A stretch of DNA of 64,000 bases from Eubacteriales bacterium (GTDB taxonomy: Bacteria > Bacillota > Clostridia > Oscillospirales > CAG-272): the NCBI GenBank assembly GCA_045634385.1, contig JAZRAE010000029.1, positions 5,704 to 69,703 on the forward strand, written 5' to 3'. The notes beneath the pieces were generated by a model, which had not been told where the DNA came from, made no database searches, and saw only the letters and a program-made list of their open reading frames with translations. Positions 30,401-40,600 of the stretch are shown piece by piece; the first letter of the stretch is position 1; each line of letters opens with the position of its first letter. The translations under genes and the position numbers were made by a program.

Positions 30401-31075
30401 GATCTTGCCAACTACGTAATTGCAGAAGGCACATACGCACTCAAGGCTGAGTGGGGCACAGAGCTTCTCACTACCTACATCTGGAACAAGTACGAAATGG
30501 ATAAGGTTATCCGCGGTGAGTTCAGCGAGGACGAAACCAAGGCTAACGAGCAGAGTGCTTTCCTCCAAGAGGTAAACGCAAGCTTCGATGATAAGTGGAT
30601 CAACTATTATCAGATGAATGACGTTGTTCAGGGCAAGTTCCATAATAAAGACAACAGGACCGATAAGGATAAAAAAGCCCAGGAATACCTTGCTTACCTT
30701 GAAGAAAACGGTAAAGATGCACTTAAGGATTACTGGGATGCAGAATTCGACTCCATTGTTCCCGCTGAGGATGAAAACGTATCTGATATCTCCGAGTGGA
30801 GATACAACTACTTCTGGAACTACTACCAGATGGAGGACGTTCAGGCAGGCATCTTCCACGGAAAGGTTGATGACTATACAGAAGTAATTCTCACATACGT
30901 TGAAAAAATGGATGACGGATCTACTAATCCAGAGCGTCAGGGATGTGTAGAGGTTACAAGAGAACTCGCAGAAATTCTTGATACCCTCATTGCAAGAGAG
31001 GTATTTGAGGATGTACAAAACGGTTGGCTCAAGTTCTGCTTCTACTATGACCTTCTCGGTGATTTTGCAGAGTAA
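27482..31075 (+). CDS. Giant lipoprotein (1197 aa) with a prealbumin-like fold domain, a TlpA/ResA-like thioredoxin domain (CSNC) and a large uncharacterised C-terminal region
   Basis: Signal plus lipobox (VLPLVACGG). The segment FTLTDVNGEQYKLSD...MVMLNFWYEGCSNCAYEFPY...YPTTVIIDRYG matches the redoxin/TlpA pattern. Has a PPC-like signature (YKFVPTVSGVYRVTS) and two copies of a PVTEEL...W-L-x2-C-x-YY module. Confidence 0.85.
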   Translation: MNFRKLISLLLCLILTISCVLPLVACGGKDNGDDDENDTPGGTVVGGNGNGGSTTNSETEYTVKVVTVGGMPLEGVMVYIHNGDGYSICTAPQETDENGTAKFTLKTSNDYSVQVDGAPKGYKVREGMTKDDRYTLTAPDTVITLSSAPITTGGFANSYELGDVMYDFTLTDVNGEQYKLSDMLKTKDMVMLNFWYEGCSNCAYEFPYINNVYKNYKDDIEILAINDYSTDTVDSVKGYSDYLVNYWGTLDQGDELAMPLFKVGNEASDLTLSKFPSEGYPTTVIIDRYGVICMIEVGAVLGDSKWKNVFDFFVGDDYKQTLITDNSILNPQIEPTVKWDDDSAEEIANAFNSGDITVTYGPETSEKDAKYAWPFIVDTYNGETVVRPSNTGIDNSYAILYAEVSLKPGQAIIFDYFASTQNDDYGTDVLYILVDGKDIYSIAGVGDKYETCCTYVDPRKPTEANKDEVATYTVAFAFYKDNVESAGDDTVYLKNLRVADKEDIPVKTYIFRYAATDLNETKDGFNSYVNVYLAPDGYYRVGDPSLGNNAPLLLANHLSYTQFDGEKTISERVYENYELMVGDKNMFNNWVTYGNAAANSQMYYYTPVTEELRTMLMAYCETYRRVVGKAASENLWLQLCVYYDAYGVDENGDPAKHLEDPIKGLTAFSAFDVEISNENPTTQGDIVASAEVTYNRVIMPRGYLYKFVPTVSGVYRVTSKSDQEVNGWIFTGTSEEWAENEGDRTILTSDEVAERYTPELLIGPDENGKYHIDTTNVSLVAYMEAGKAYYIDIAYYDVYGVGTFTFDITWVGTSFGHFIQASPGPITYIESAGGGMGQLIAGGIDVDFKTVDGVEYAYQVLERDANGNVTKWGEKIYADFFYPTTLFQTQSIEALIKANAFNYTITERDREALILLDSIKLDGKAALIEKWIAEETVADEAAGEAKWVELNLDTVVKDGYDGIYADGYSVEQIDLANYVIAEGTYALKAEWGTELLTTYIWNKYEMDKVIRGEFSEDETKANEQSAFLQEVNASFDDKWINYYQMNDVVQGKFHNKDNRTDKDKKAQEYLAYLEENGKDALKDYWDAEFDSIVPAEDENVSDISEWRYNYFWNYYQMEDVQAGIFHGKVDDYTEVILTYVEKMDDGSTNPERQGCVEVTRELAEILDTLIAREVFEDVQNGWLKFCFYYDLLGDFAE

Positions 31076-31089
31076 TAAGGAGATTTACA

Positions 31090-31788
31090 ATGAATTTTAA
31101 GAAACTTCTTTCAATAATTCTCGTTTGTTGTATGCTTATGGCGGTGCTTTCCTTCACCGCCTGCGGCAACAAGGATAACGACAATGATAAAACAAATGAA
31201 AACGACGGTACAGGCGATAACAATCAGGGTGAAAACAATGGTAATAAGACCTATACATTAACCGTTTTCGATAAAGAAAACAATCCTATCGAAGGTGTTA
31301 AGCTCGTTATCACTGATGAAAAGAGCTACAAGACTGTTGTTACCGGTGCAGACGGCAGAGCAAGCACAGAGCTTCCCGATACTAAGGTAAGCGTTATGAT
31401 AACCTCAGTTCCCTCCGGTTACGAAAAACCCGAAAAGATTTCCGGTGTATATCACGCTGTAATTCCGGAAGGTATGTTAGGAATTACCTTTTTCCTTGAT
31501 AAAGAAGCAAGCAACACAGTAAATTACACCGTAAAGGTTGTTGACCAGTTCGGTAATGCCGTTGAAGGAATGCAGATTCAGCTCTGCCCCGACGGAGTTT
31601 GTCTTGCAGATCAGTTTATAACCGATGCTAACGGTGAGATCAGCAAGGAAATGACTCCCAAAAATTCGATTGATGTAAAGCTTTACGATCTTGACGGCTA
31701 TACCCTTCCGATTGTAAATGAATACGGATATCACGCAGTAATTAATTCCGGTGAGACCGAGATTACAATCACAGTAACAAGAAACTGA
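31090..31788 (+). CDS. Lipoprotein with two prealbumin-like (Cna-B/carboxypeptidase-regulatory-like) domains
   Basis: Lipobox LSFTACGN. Two repeats of the pattern YT(L/V).V.D..(N/G)N..EG....(I/L). 14 nt downstream of the 1197-aa gene. Confidence 0.8.
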   Translation: MNFKKLLSIILVCCMLMAVLSFTACGNKDNDNDKTNENDGTGDNNQGENNGNKTYTLTVFDKENNPIEGVKLVITDEKSYKTVVTGADGRASTELPDTKVSVMITSVPSGYEKPEKISGVYHAVIPEGMLGITFFLDKEASNTVNYTVKVVDQFGNAVEGMQIQLCPDGVCLADQFITDANGEISKEMTPKNSIDVKLYDLDGYTLPIVNEYGYHAVINSGETEITITVTRN

Positions 31789-31800
31789 ATCAAATAATTT

Positions 31801-31834
31801 ACGCCCCGAGGACGATGCCTCGGGGCGTTTTTTA
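31801..31834 (+). terminator. Strong Rho-independent terminator (possibly serving both convergent units)
   Basis: 11-bp GC-rich stem acgccccgagg/cctcggggcgt followed by TTTTTT. Confidence 0.85.
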
Positions 31835-31854
31835 TGCTCTATAGATTGATAATC

Positions 31855-33414
31855 TTACTGTGCGTTTGACATAGCCGCCATAACAAGAATCATTAAAGTA
31901 TCATAGTCAAGTTCTGTAGGTTGGAAGGAATATATCTTGCCGTTTGGATCTACTATAATCGTAATAGGATAGGTTCCTGTACCACCAAGACTCTTGTAGA
32001 AATATTCGCCCATAGACGCATTTCCTTCAGCTATGAGACGATCTACGCCAAAGAGAATTTTGCTATCGGGGAAATGCTCCTCGATATACTCATCCGACTC
32101 TTCCTTTTGGTCAAATGTATGTATTGCAACAACGTCAACAACACCCTCGAGGTCGGTAGCTATCTGATCAAAATACGGAAGCTCCTTGATACATCCGGGA
32201 CACCAAACGCCCCAGAAGTTAACGACTGTAACCTTGCCTTTATTACCTGCGAGATTGAAGGATTCGGCATACTCGCCTTCTCCGTTATAAATCGGAATTT
32301 CAAACGAAGGACACATGTCACCTTCCTTATAAACCACCAAGGTGTCATCGACACTACTATCAAAGAAATTACAATAAATAAGCGCACTTACAAGAACCGA
32401 AACCATAAGTACAGCAGCAATAATTCTTGTGATCAATCGGCGTTTTGCTAACTTTTGATTACTTTTTTCGGTATTTTCTATACAGATTTGTTTTTCTTCA
32501 TCCGTCATATCAGGTGTTACCGGTGCGATTTCGTCAGGCGGTAAAATCACCTTTCCGCCGCGCCACGAGATAGCTTTTGTCGGACAGACACCGACACATT
32601 CACCGCAATTGATACACTCGTGATCACCAACCTCATGAATGTCCATTTTGCACTTTGAGATACAAAGTCCACAATCAACACACTTAGGTTTTTCAAGCTT
32701 TATTCCGAGAATTGAAAACTTGTTGAAAAGACCGTACAGCGCACCAAGAGGACAAATGAATCTGCAGAAGACTCTGAAGATAAACACCGAGCCGACTATA
32801 ACGCTGACAGCGATTGCAAACTTCCAAGTAAACAGCGGACCAAGTCTTGCAAGTTCGCCCGCATTCACCTTGTTTGAAAGAAGACCAAAGGCACCTTCAA
32901 TAGTTCCTGCAGGACATACGTACTTACAGAATCCGGGAAGCGGAACGTTGCGAAGTCCGTAAAGGACGGGAACGATCACAACAAGGAAGATAAGAAGAAT
33001 GTACTTGAAGTAAGAGAGTATTCTTGTAAAACGATTTTTCTTAAGTTTAGGAGTCTTTATCTTGTAAAGCAGCTCCTGAATAAGTCCAAACGGACAGAGG
33101 AAGCCACAGATCAATCTGCCAAGGAGAATTCCGTACAGTACTATTATGCCGAAAACGTAGTACGGTGTTCTCTTCTCCGATACACCAAGTGCATTCTGCA
33201 GCGATCCAAGCGGACAAGCTCCGGTTGCGCCGGGACATGAGTAGCAATTAAGTCCGGGTGTACAAATATTTTTGAGAGGTCCTGTGTAGATTTTTCCATT
33301 AACAAAGCCCTTTATGTTAGCGTTGAAAAGCAACGCAAAATACAGTTGAATAAGCTTGCGCTTTGAAGGAACAAGCCCCTTTAGTTTTGTCAAAATTCTA
33401 TTCATTTTATCCAA
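31855..33414 (-). CDS. NapH/NosR-like membrane polyferredoxin fused to a C-terminal TlpA-like thioredoxin domain (519 aa)
   Basis: CX3CP-type motifs (CGFLCP, CKYVCP, CRFICP, plus CYSCP). Two ferredoxin motifs (CVDCGLCISKC, CINCGECVGVCP), then a TM helix, then a redoxin domain (VTVVNFWGVWCPGCIKELPYF...YPITIIVDPNG). Confidence 0.85.
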   Translation of the reverse strand: MDKMNRILTKLKGLVPSKRKLIQLYFALLFNANIKGFVNGKIYTGPLKNICTPGLNCYSCPGATGACPLGSLQNALGVSEKRTPYYVFGIIVLYGILLGRLICGFLCPFGLIQELLYKIKTPKLKKNRFTRILSYFKYILLIFLVVIVPVLYGLRNVPLPGFCKYVCPAGTIEGAFGLLSNKVNAGELARLGPLFTWKFAIAVSVIVGSVFIFRVFCRFICPLGALYGLFNKFSILGIKLEKPKCVDCGLCISKCKMDIHEVGDHECINCGECVGVCPTKAISWRGGKVILPPDEIAPVTPDMTDEEKQICIENTEKSNQKLAKRRLITRIIAAVLMVSVLVSALIYCNFFDSSVDDTLVVYKEGDMCPSFEIPIYNGEGEYAESFNLAGNKGKVTVVNFWGVWCPGCIKELPYFDQIATDLEGVVDVVAIHTFDQKEESDEYIEEHFPDSKILFGVDRLIAEGNASMGEYFYKSLGGTGTYPITIIVDPNGKIYSFQPTELDYDTLMILVMAAMSNAQ

Positions 33415-34234
33415 GTCCTATACATTCGGTACAAATTTTTATCGCCTTGTTAAGCACGTCTGCCATGCCGCCGTTTGCTACACCGATTGCGATGAAAACT
33501 ATAGCACAGCCTACAAATGCGATCCTGATGCCGAGAGTTATCGGCTTTTCATTTTCCTTTAAAAACCCGTATGCCTTTACTATCAAAGAGGATGGCTGCT
33601 CGGGAATAAACCCTGATATTCCGTTAGCCTTAATAGCCTCTTTAAGAAGCTCATATTCCCTGTTATATGAGAGATCACGAATAACAACATATATCACCTC
33701 AAAAACAATCATAGGAGACAAAAATGCGAGGTAAACAAGCATACCGTGTAAAATTTCGGCGTTATATTCACCGCTGACTGCCGGGAAATTAGCAGGGTTG
33801 AGAAGATAAATAAGGGGAAGTATCGCACTAACTGCAATAACGGAACATCTAACGCAAACGAGTATTTTGCGAAGCTTTCTTTCCTTTTCTATTTTGAGAG
33901 AAAGTTCTGCATCAATCTCGGAGATATTCACTCTTTCTGAAAACTTCTTAACCAACACGGACGGGGTGCGCTCGCCTTTAAGTTTAGGCTGATCCAAAGG
34001 TAGCAAGATTGAAAGTGCCCCGCCAATGATAACAATTGAAATTGTGACGTATACCCACGCTGCGATTTTTGAGAAAGCCACGCCTATGCTCTCACGCGTA
34101 AATGGGCTCTGTCCACTCTTGTATATGGAGTAGCATGAACTTATAAATAGGATACCGACAAGCACAAGCATCAGAGAAATAGCTATGCCAAAGCCAAGGT
34201 GTATCCGCTTTTTGTTTTTCTCGGAAATATTCAC
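33407..34234 (-). CDS. Polytopic membrane protein (275 aa) ending in a CxxC tail (..KICTECIGLG)
   Basis: Several TM segments. A CxxC motif lies six residues from the stop. Its stop overlaps the start of the polyferredoxin gene by 8 nt. The tail resembles, from my recollection, the small Clostridial CD1871A-type CXXC proteins found next to 4Fe-4S proteins; this is unverified. Confidence 0.75.
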   Translation of the reverse strand: MNISEKNKKRIHLGFGIAISLMLVLVGILFISSCYSIYKSGQSPFTRESIGVAFSKIAAWVYVTISIVIIGGALSILLPLDQPKLKGERTPSVLVKKFSERVNISEIDAELSLKIEKERKLRKILVCVRCSVIAVSAILPLIYLLNPANFPAVSGEYNAEILHGMLVYLAFLSPMIVFEVIYVVIRDLSYNREYELLKEAIKANGISGFIPEQPSSLIVKAYGFLKENEKPITLGIRIAFVGCAIVFIAIGVANGGMADVLNKAIKICTECIGLG

Positions 34235-34658
34235 TTTTCTATTCCTTTCGGATCAATTACATTTTTACACTTTAGTATAACACATCAAAACGAGAAAGTC
34301 AAGCTATCGATGTATGATGTCCTACGTGATAAAAGCGTAAGTTTACTACACGTTTTCTGTCTTGAATACCATATCTTATGGAAAAGGAAAATATTTGACA
34401 AAATACATTTTATTGTATATTTTTAACCTTTTTTTCGTAACTTTTCCCGTAGTTAGTGAAAATGTACTGTATAAATTTTACAAAATAAAACAATTTTGTT
34501 TTCTTTTTTTCTACATTTTTAATAGATATTTTCGCGAATAATTTAAAATAATGTGAATTATATTGCTTTTTTGCCCGCGATGTGATAAAATAGATAAGCG
34601 TGTCTTATATACACGCGTACATTAACGCAGAATAATAAAAGAAAGGCAAAACCGAAAC

Positions 34659-37600
34659 ATGAAAACAAAAGGAATCACAAAGGTTTCATCGAGAATCTTG
34701 ATGGCTCTTTTAGCTGTAGTGATGGTCTTCACCTTTGCTGCCTCAAGTCTTGGGACTACGGTCTCAGCAGAAGATGGCGTGTTCAAGAAGAACGACTCGA
34801 TCTACACAGACTATAAGAGTTATCTCGACGGCTCTGTGGTACAAGCATTACCAAAGAACGTCGACGAAAATGAAACCATCTCGGTGATAGTCAAGCTTGA
34901 CACACCGACTCTGATGGATGCGTATAACAAGACGGACAAGTCAATGTCCTTCGCGGAGTACGTAAACACAGAGGAAGCTCAGGAAATCAGAGCCGATATA
35001 CAGTCCGAGAAGGAGAAATACCTCATTGCTCTTACAAGAAGCGGTATTTCATACGAAACCGGCTGTGACTATGCGAATGTCCTCGCAGGCTTTGAAGTCC
35101 TTTACACAGCAAAAAACTTTGAAAACGCTTGTGAATCTCTCCCCAATGGTGCAACTGCCATCGTCGGTGAGGTATACAATGTATCCGAAACTAAGCTTGT
35201 TGAGAACAAGATAGACGTCTACGAAGAAACCGGAATCTTCGATAGTTCGGACTTTATGATCAATGGTCAGAAGTATTCGGGAAGCGGAATGGTAGTAGCG
35301 GTACTTGATACCGGTCTTGACTATACTCACCCCGCATTTGACCCTGCAAGACTTGATAAGTCTAATCTCACACTCACCAAGGATAAGGTCGCAAATCACG
35401 TAAGTAATACCACCGCGGCATCGAGAGTTCCCGGGCTTACCGCTGATGACGTATACATAAATGAGAAGGTTCCCTTCGCATTCGACTACGCAGACAACGA
35501 CTCCGACGTGTACTCTCTTCACAACAATCACGGTACCCACGTTTCGGGCGTTATCGTCGGACACGACGACACCATCATAGGCGTTGCACCCGATGCACAG
35601 CTCGTTTCGATGAAGATATTCTCCGACGTTCAGGATTCTGCACGTGCATCTTGGATTCTCGCGGCACTTGAGGACTGTGTAGAGCTTGGTGTTGACGTAA
35701 TCAACATGTCGCTCGGTACAGCCTGTGGCTTTAGCCGTGAGACCGACGAGGAGCAGATGTCCGGTGTCTACGATGACATCAGAGCACTCGGTATCAGCCT
35801 TGTAGTTGCGGCATCTAACAGCTTCAACTCAGCATACGGCTCGGAGAAGAACGGTAACCTCGGTCTTACATCCAACCCTGATACCTCGACAGTAGGTTCT
35901 CCTTCTACCTATAACGGTGCGCTCTCTGTAGCATCCATCAACGGTACAAAGACACCCTACATTCTCGACTCCAAGGGCACTATTATATACTTTGTTGAGT
36001 CTTCGGACAGCGCGGGTGAAGAAAAGTACTTCTTCGATGAGCTGCTCGGTACGGATCTAAGTGAAACCGAACTTGAATACGTACTCATCCCCGGTGTAGG
36101 TAATCCGTCCGACTATGACGGCATAAACGTCAAGGGTAAAATAGCTCTTGTACGTAGAGGTACAAACACCTTTGAGGAAAAAGCCAAGGCTGCAGAGGCG
36201 GCAGGTGCAAAGGCTCTTATTGTATATAACAATACCTCCGGTGATATCCGAATGAACGTAGGTATAGTATCTATTCCCGTATGTTCGGTAAGCCAGGACG
36301 ACGGTGAAATGCTCGCGGCAGCAAAGACCGGCACTCTCAAGATCAGCAAGTCGCAGTCTTCCGGTCCTTTTATGTCCGACTTCTCATCCTGGGGCCCCTC
36401 TCCCTCTCTTCAGATCAAGCCCGAGATAACCGCTCACGGCGGTAATATTCTCTCTGCTGTAACAGGTCACGGCTATGACAGACTTTCCGGTACTTCTATG
36501 GCTTGTCCTAATATGGCGGGTGCGATTGCGCTTATGCGTCAGTACGTTATCACCAATTTCGAGTCAAGAATCAAGAACGAGAGCGGTGTTATCGACTACG
36601 TTGAAGTAAATTCCATCGTCAACAGACTCCTTATGTCTACTGCCGATATAGTTAACAATAAAAACGGCCTTCCCTACGCCGTAAGAAAGCAGGGCGCGGG
36701 TCTTGCAAACCTCGACGATGCAGTAGCAACGGGTGCTTACATCCTCACCTACGACAGACTCACCGGCTCGGTAATGGATAAGTCCAAGATTGAGCTCGGC
36801 GACGACCCTAACAAAACAGGCGTATATACTCTCAAATTTACGATAGACAATTTCGGTAATTCTGCACTTTCATATGATATATCAGCAAATGTTATGACCG
36901 AGGGTGTAAGTGAAACCCCCACCTATCAGGGTGAAACCGTTGTTTCCGAAGAAGGATATCTTCTCGAGGGAGCACGCGTTGAGATCACATCGACAAACGG
37001 CGGATCACTCAGTGGCAAAACCGTTACCGTCGAAGCAGGTAAGAAATGCGACGTTATCATCACCATCACTCTCGGTGAGGATGACAAGGCATATCTCGAC
37101 TCTTCCTTCGAAAACGGTATGTATATTGAAGGATTCGTAACCCTTACCGCCAAGGAAGAGGGCTCCGTTGATCTTAACGTACCTTATCTTGCATTCTACG
37201 GCAACTGGTATCAAGCTCCCCTCTTTGACCTTGATTATTTCGAGACCAACAGAGACGAGCTCGACGACTCTATTGCAACTCTCGATAAAACTCTGCCCGA
37301 CGCATATGCTACACGTCCTATCGGCGGTATCTCCGACGACTACGTTAGCTACCTCGGCTCATTCTACTTTGTACAGAATCCCAAGAACAAGATAATCTCC
37401 GCATCCAGAGATTACATCGCACTCTCCAACAATGACGGCACGATAAGATCACTCCGCTTCGTTTGGGGAGGTATGCTCCGTAACTCGGAGAAGATCGTTA
37501 TAACCATAACCGATGATGCAACGGGTGAGGTCATCTTCGAAAGGGTAGAAACCTCTATCCGTAAATCATACGGTGACGGCGGATCATACATTTATCCCGC

Positions 37601-40600
37601 AAACATTGAGATAGAGTTTGATACCGCGGACTACAACCTTAAGAATAATTCCACCTATACTGTTAAGCTTCAAGGCTACCTCAATTATGACGACGGTACA
37701 GGTGTAAATAAGACGCCCGAGGAGAACCTCAAGAGCACTTTTGAGTTCCCCCTCACAATAGACTTTGAAGCTCCCTCTCTTACAGGCTGTGAATTCTACA
37801 CAGAGTATGATAAGGATGCTAAGAAAACCCGTCTTTATGCTAAGATGGCGGTATATGATAACCACTATGCAATGGGTATGCAGATCGGTTACGTAGGACT
37901 TGGTGAGTATGTTGACGAGAGCACCGGCGAAATGGTAAACGGCAATATGCTCTACCCCTTCGAGACCTATATGACACCCATCTACTCGGTACACAACGGC
38001 ACGACCTACGTGACATATGAGCTTACCGACTACATATACGACATAAAGCAGAATTCTTATAACAAAAACACATTTGCAGTTTCTCTTTACGACTATGCTA
38101 TCAACGAGGCTACCTACGAGATAGAGCTCCCTGACGATTTCGCAGAGCTGTATCTTGAAGAGTCCGATATAACCCTTAACCCCAACGAGGTATACACAAT
38201 CACCACCAACGTGTATCCCGAAAGCGAGTGGGATGAGCTTCTCGAGTATTCTTACTCCGGAGACGCTATCCGTATCGTAAACAACAAGATCGTTGCGGTT
38301 AAGTCCGGTAAGAGCTCGGTATTTATCTACGATCCCAAAACGCAGAAGGAAGTGACGATGTCCGTCACGGTAAGAGCCCCCGGTGATGAGGGATACAAAG
38401 AGGTAACTAAACCCGTAGCAGACGTATTCAAGCTCGAAGGATATGATACACTGAACGCATTCTACTTCTTATCTAACGATGACAGAGATATCGGTGTAAC
38501 AGGTGATAATATTCTCTTTAACGGTGAAAACTATTCACTCTCATTCTTCCCCTCGGAATCGGTTCGTATCAACTACAAGCTCGACGCATACTTCCCGGAT
38601 GATACAACCGTGGAGTTCATCTCAAGTAACGAGAGTATTGTGACGGTTGATCAAAACGGTGTTATCGTAGCTCTGGACGAAGGCTATACCTCTATCACCG
38701 TCAGAGTTCTTCAAAACGGAAAACCGACCTATACGGCAAAGACTATCTCGATAGAGGTCAAGGATCCCTACGTAAGAACCGGTCCGACGCTTAATAATTA
38801 CTACGGTGCGGGCCATATGAACTCCGGAAACGTTGAGATTCCGGAAGATATGCTCTTTACCCAGATCGGTCAGTACGCATTCTCAAACTACGACTATATA
38901 CCCAAAACCGAAGAGGAAATCCTCGCAGATCCCGAATCCAATGATTCTACGAAGATTACCTACATAGGTAACGACGATATCAAGAGAGTTGTAATCCCCG
39001 AAGGCATCAAAACTATCGGTGCGTATGCATTTGCAAATCTTACCGCACTTGAAGAAGTTGTCCTTCCCTCAACCCTTGAGGCTATCGAATACGGTGCGTT
39101 CTTCAACTGTATAAACCTTAAGACAGTAAAAGGACTTGAGCACGTAAAGCTCATTAACCAGAACGCATTTGCAAACTGTAATATTTCGAACGACCTCTCG
39201 CTTGACAGCATCCACGCTATCGGTGATTACGCGTTCGCAAACAACAGAAGTCTTAAATCCATAAAGTTCCCCTCTACACTCAGCTCTATCGGTGCTTACG
39301 CATTTATGAGCAATATGTCTCTTACAAACTTTGACGTTTCAAACTGCGGCACTATTAAATACGGTCCTTACGTATTTATGAACTGTCGTTCCCTTGAGAC
39401 GATCACTATGAATACAAACGTTATTCCTGCAGGAGCTTTCTACAGCTGTCTTAAACTTAAGACGGTAAACATCGGCTCGACCGTGTCTTACATCGGTGAG
39501 TATGCATTCACCGATACCGCTATAACGGAATTTACGGTTGCAAGCGGAAACCAGACCTATTACCCCTCGGCAAACAACGGTTATCTCCTCTCTGCCGACG
39601 GCACAACACTTCTTATCGTAGCTCCCGGTTTTGAGGGTGAGTTCAGCCTTACCGGTGTTACAGAGATAGGCGTTGGTGCATTCGCGGGAAATAAAAAGGT
39701 TACGTCCGTTTATATGCCCGATGTGACAGTAGTTAACGATTACGCATTTTCAGAGTGTACAAATCTTACTGATATCACACTCGGAGATCTTGCTGCAATT
39801 GGAAAGTATTCCTTCTTCTTAACATCTATAACATCCCTTCCCTCTCTTAGCGGAGTAGACTTTATCGGCGACTATGCCTTTGCCTTTACTCTCATAACCG
39901 AGGTTAGCATAGATGACAATAAGATTATCGGCGAGGGTGCATTCTGCGAGTGTACCGAGCTTAAGAAGGTCACTATAGGTAATGATGTTGTAATCGGAAA
40001 GAGCGCGTTCCTTCGTGGTACAACCACAGACGACCCGAGAAATCCCGGAAACTACCTCAACCTTGGCAATAAAGCCGTTGAAGATTTCGAAAGTGGCTTC
40101 TACCGTTATGACTATCTCTCTAAGCTCACAAGCCTTACTATCGGTAATAATGCGGATATAGGCGAGGCTGCATTTATGGGTGCAACCTATCTTACCAAAG
40201 TGAGCCTTGGCGATGGAGCACTCATTGGAAGAATGGCGTTCTACAACTGCCGTGCACTCTATGACATTGACCTGTCCGGAGCAAAGAAAATCGGCAATAT
40301 GGCGTTCTCCGGTGATAACACCTACGCGTTCATAGACGCCGCAGGCACGGATTACGCCGTACGCGACAACGCATATGTGCTCGTATACTTCAACCCGATA
40401 TTCACCTATGTGGATCTCTCATCCTGTGAGGTTATCGAGGATCAGGCATTCATCTACTGCAAAAAACTCAAAGAGGTTAAGCTCGGTGATAAGATAACCG
40501 AAATTCCTCATATGGCGTTTGCAAACTGCGATTCTCTTACTACTGTAAACCTTGATAATGTGGTTACACTCGGCTATGCAGCATTCGGTGAAGCAAACCT

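Noticed and set aside
29153-31018. 621-aa minus-strand ORF entirely inside the 1197-aa lipoprotein gene. Similar long antisense ORFs occur at 43482..44642, 44835..45857, 40695..41411, 14613..15296, 48479..49114 and 50169..50855.
   Set aside because: These are shadow ORFs on the opposite strand of genes with clear homology or domain content. Their translations are low-complexity (V/C/L/I/S-rich), they have no RBS and no recognisable motifs.
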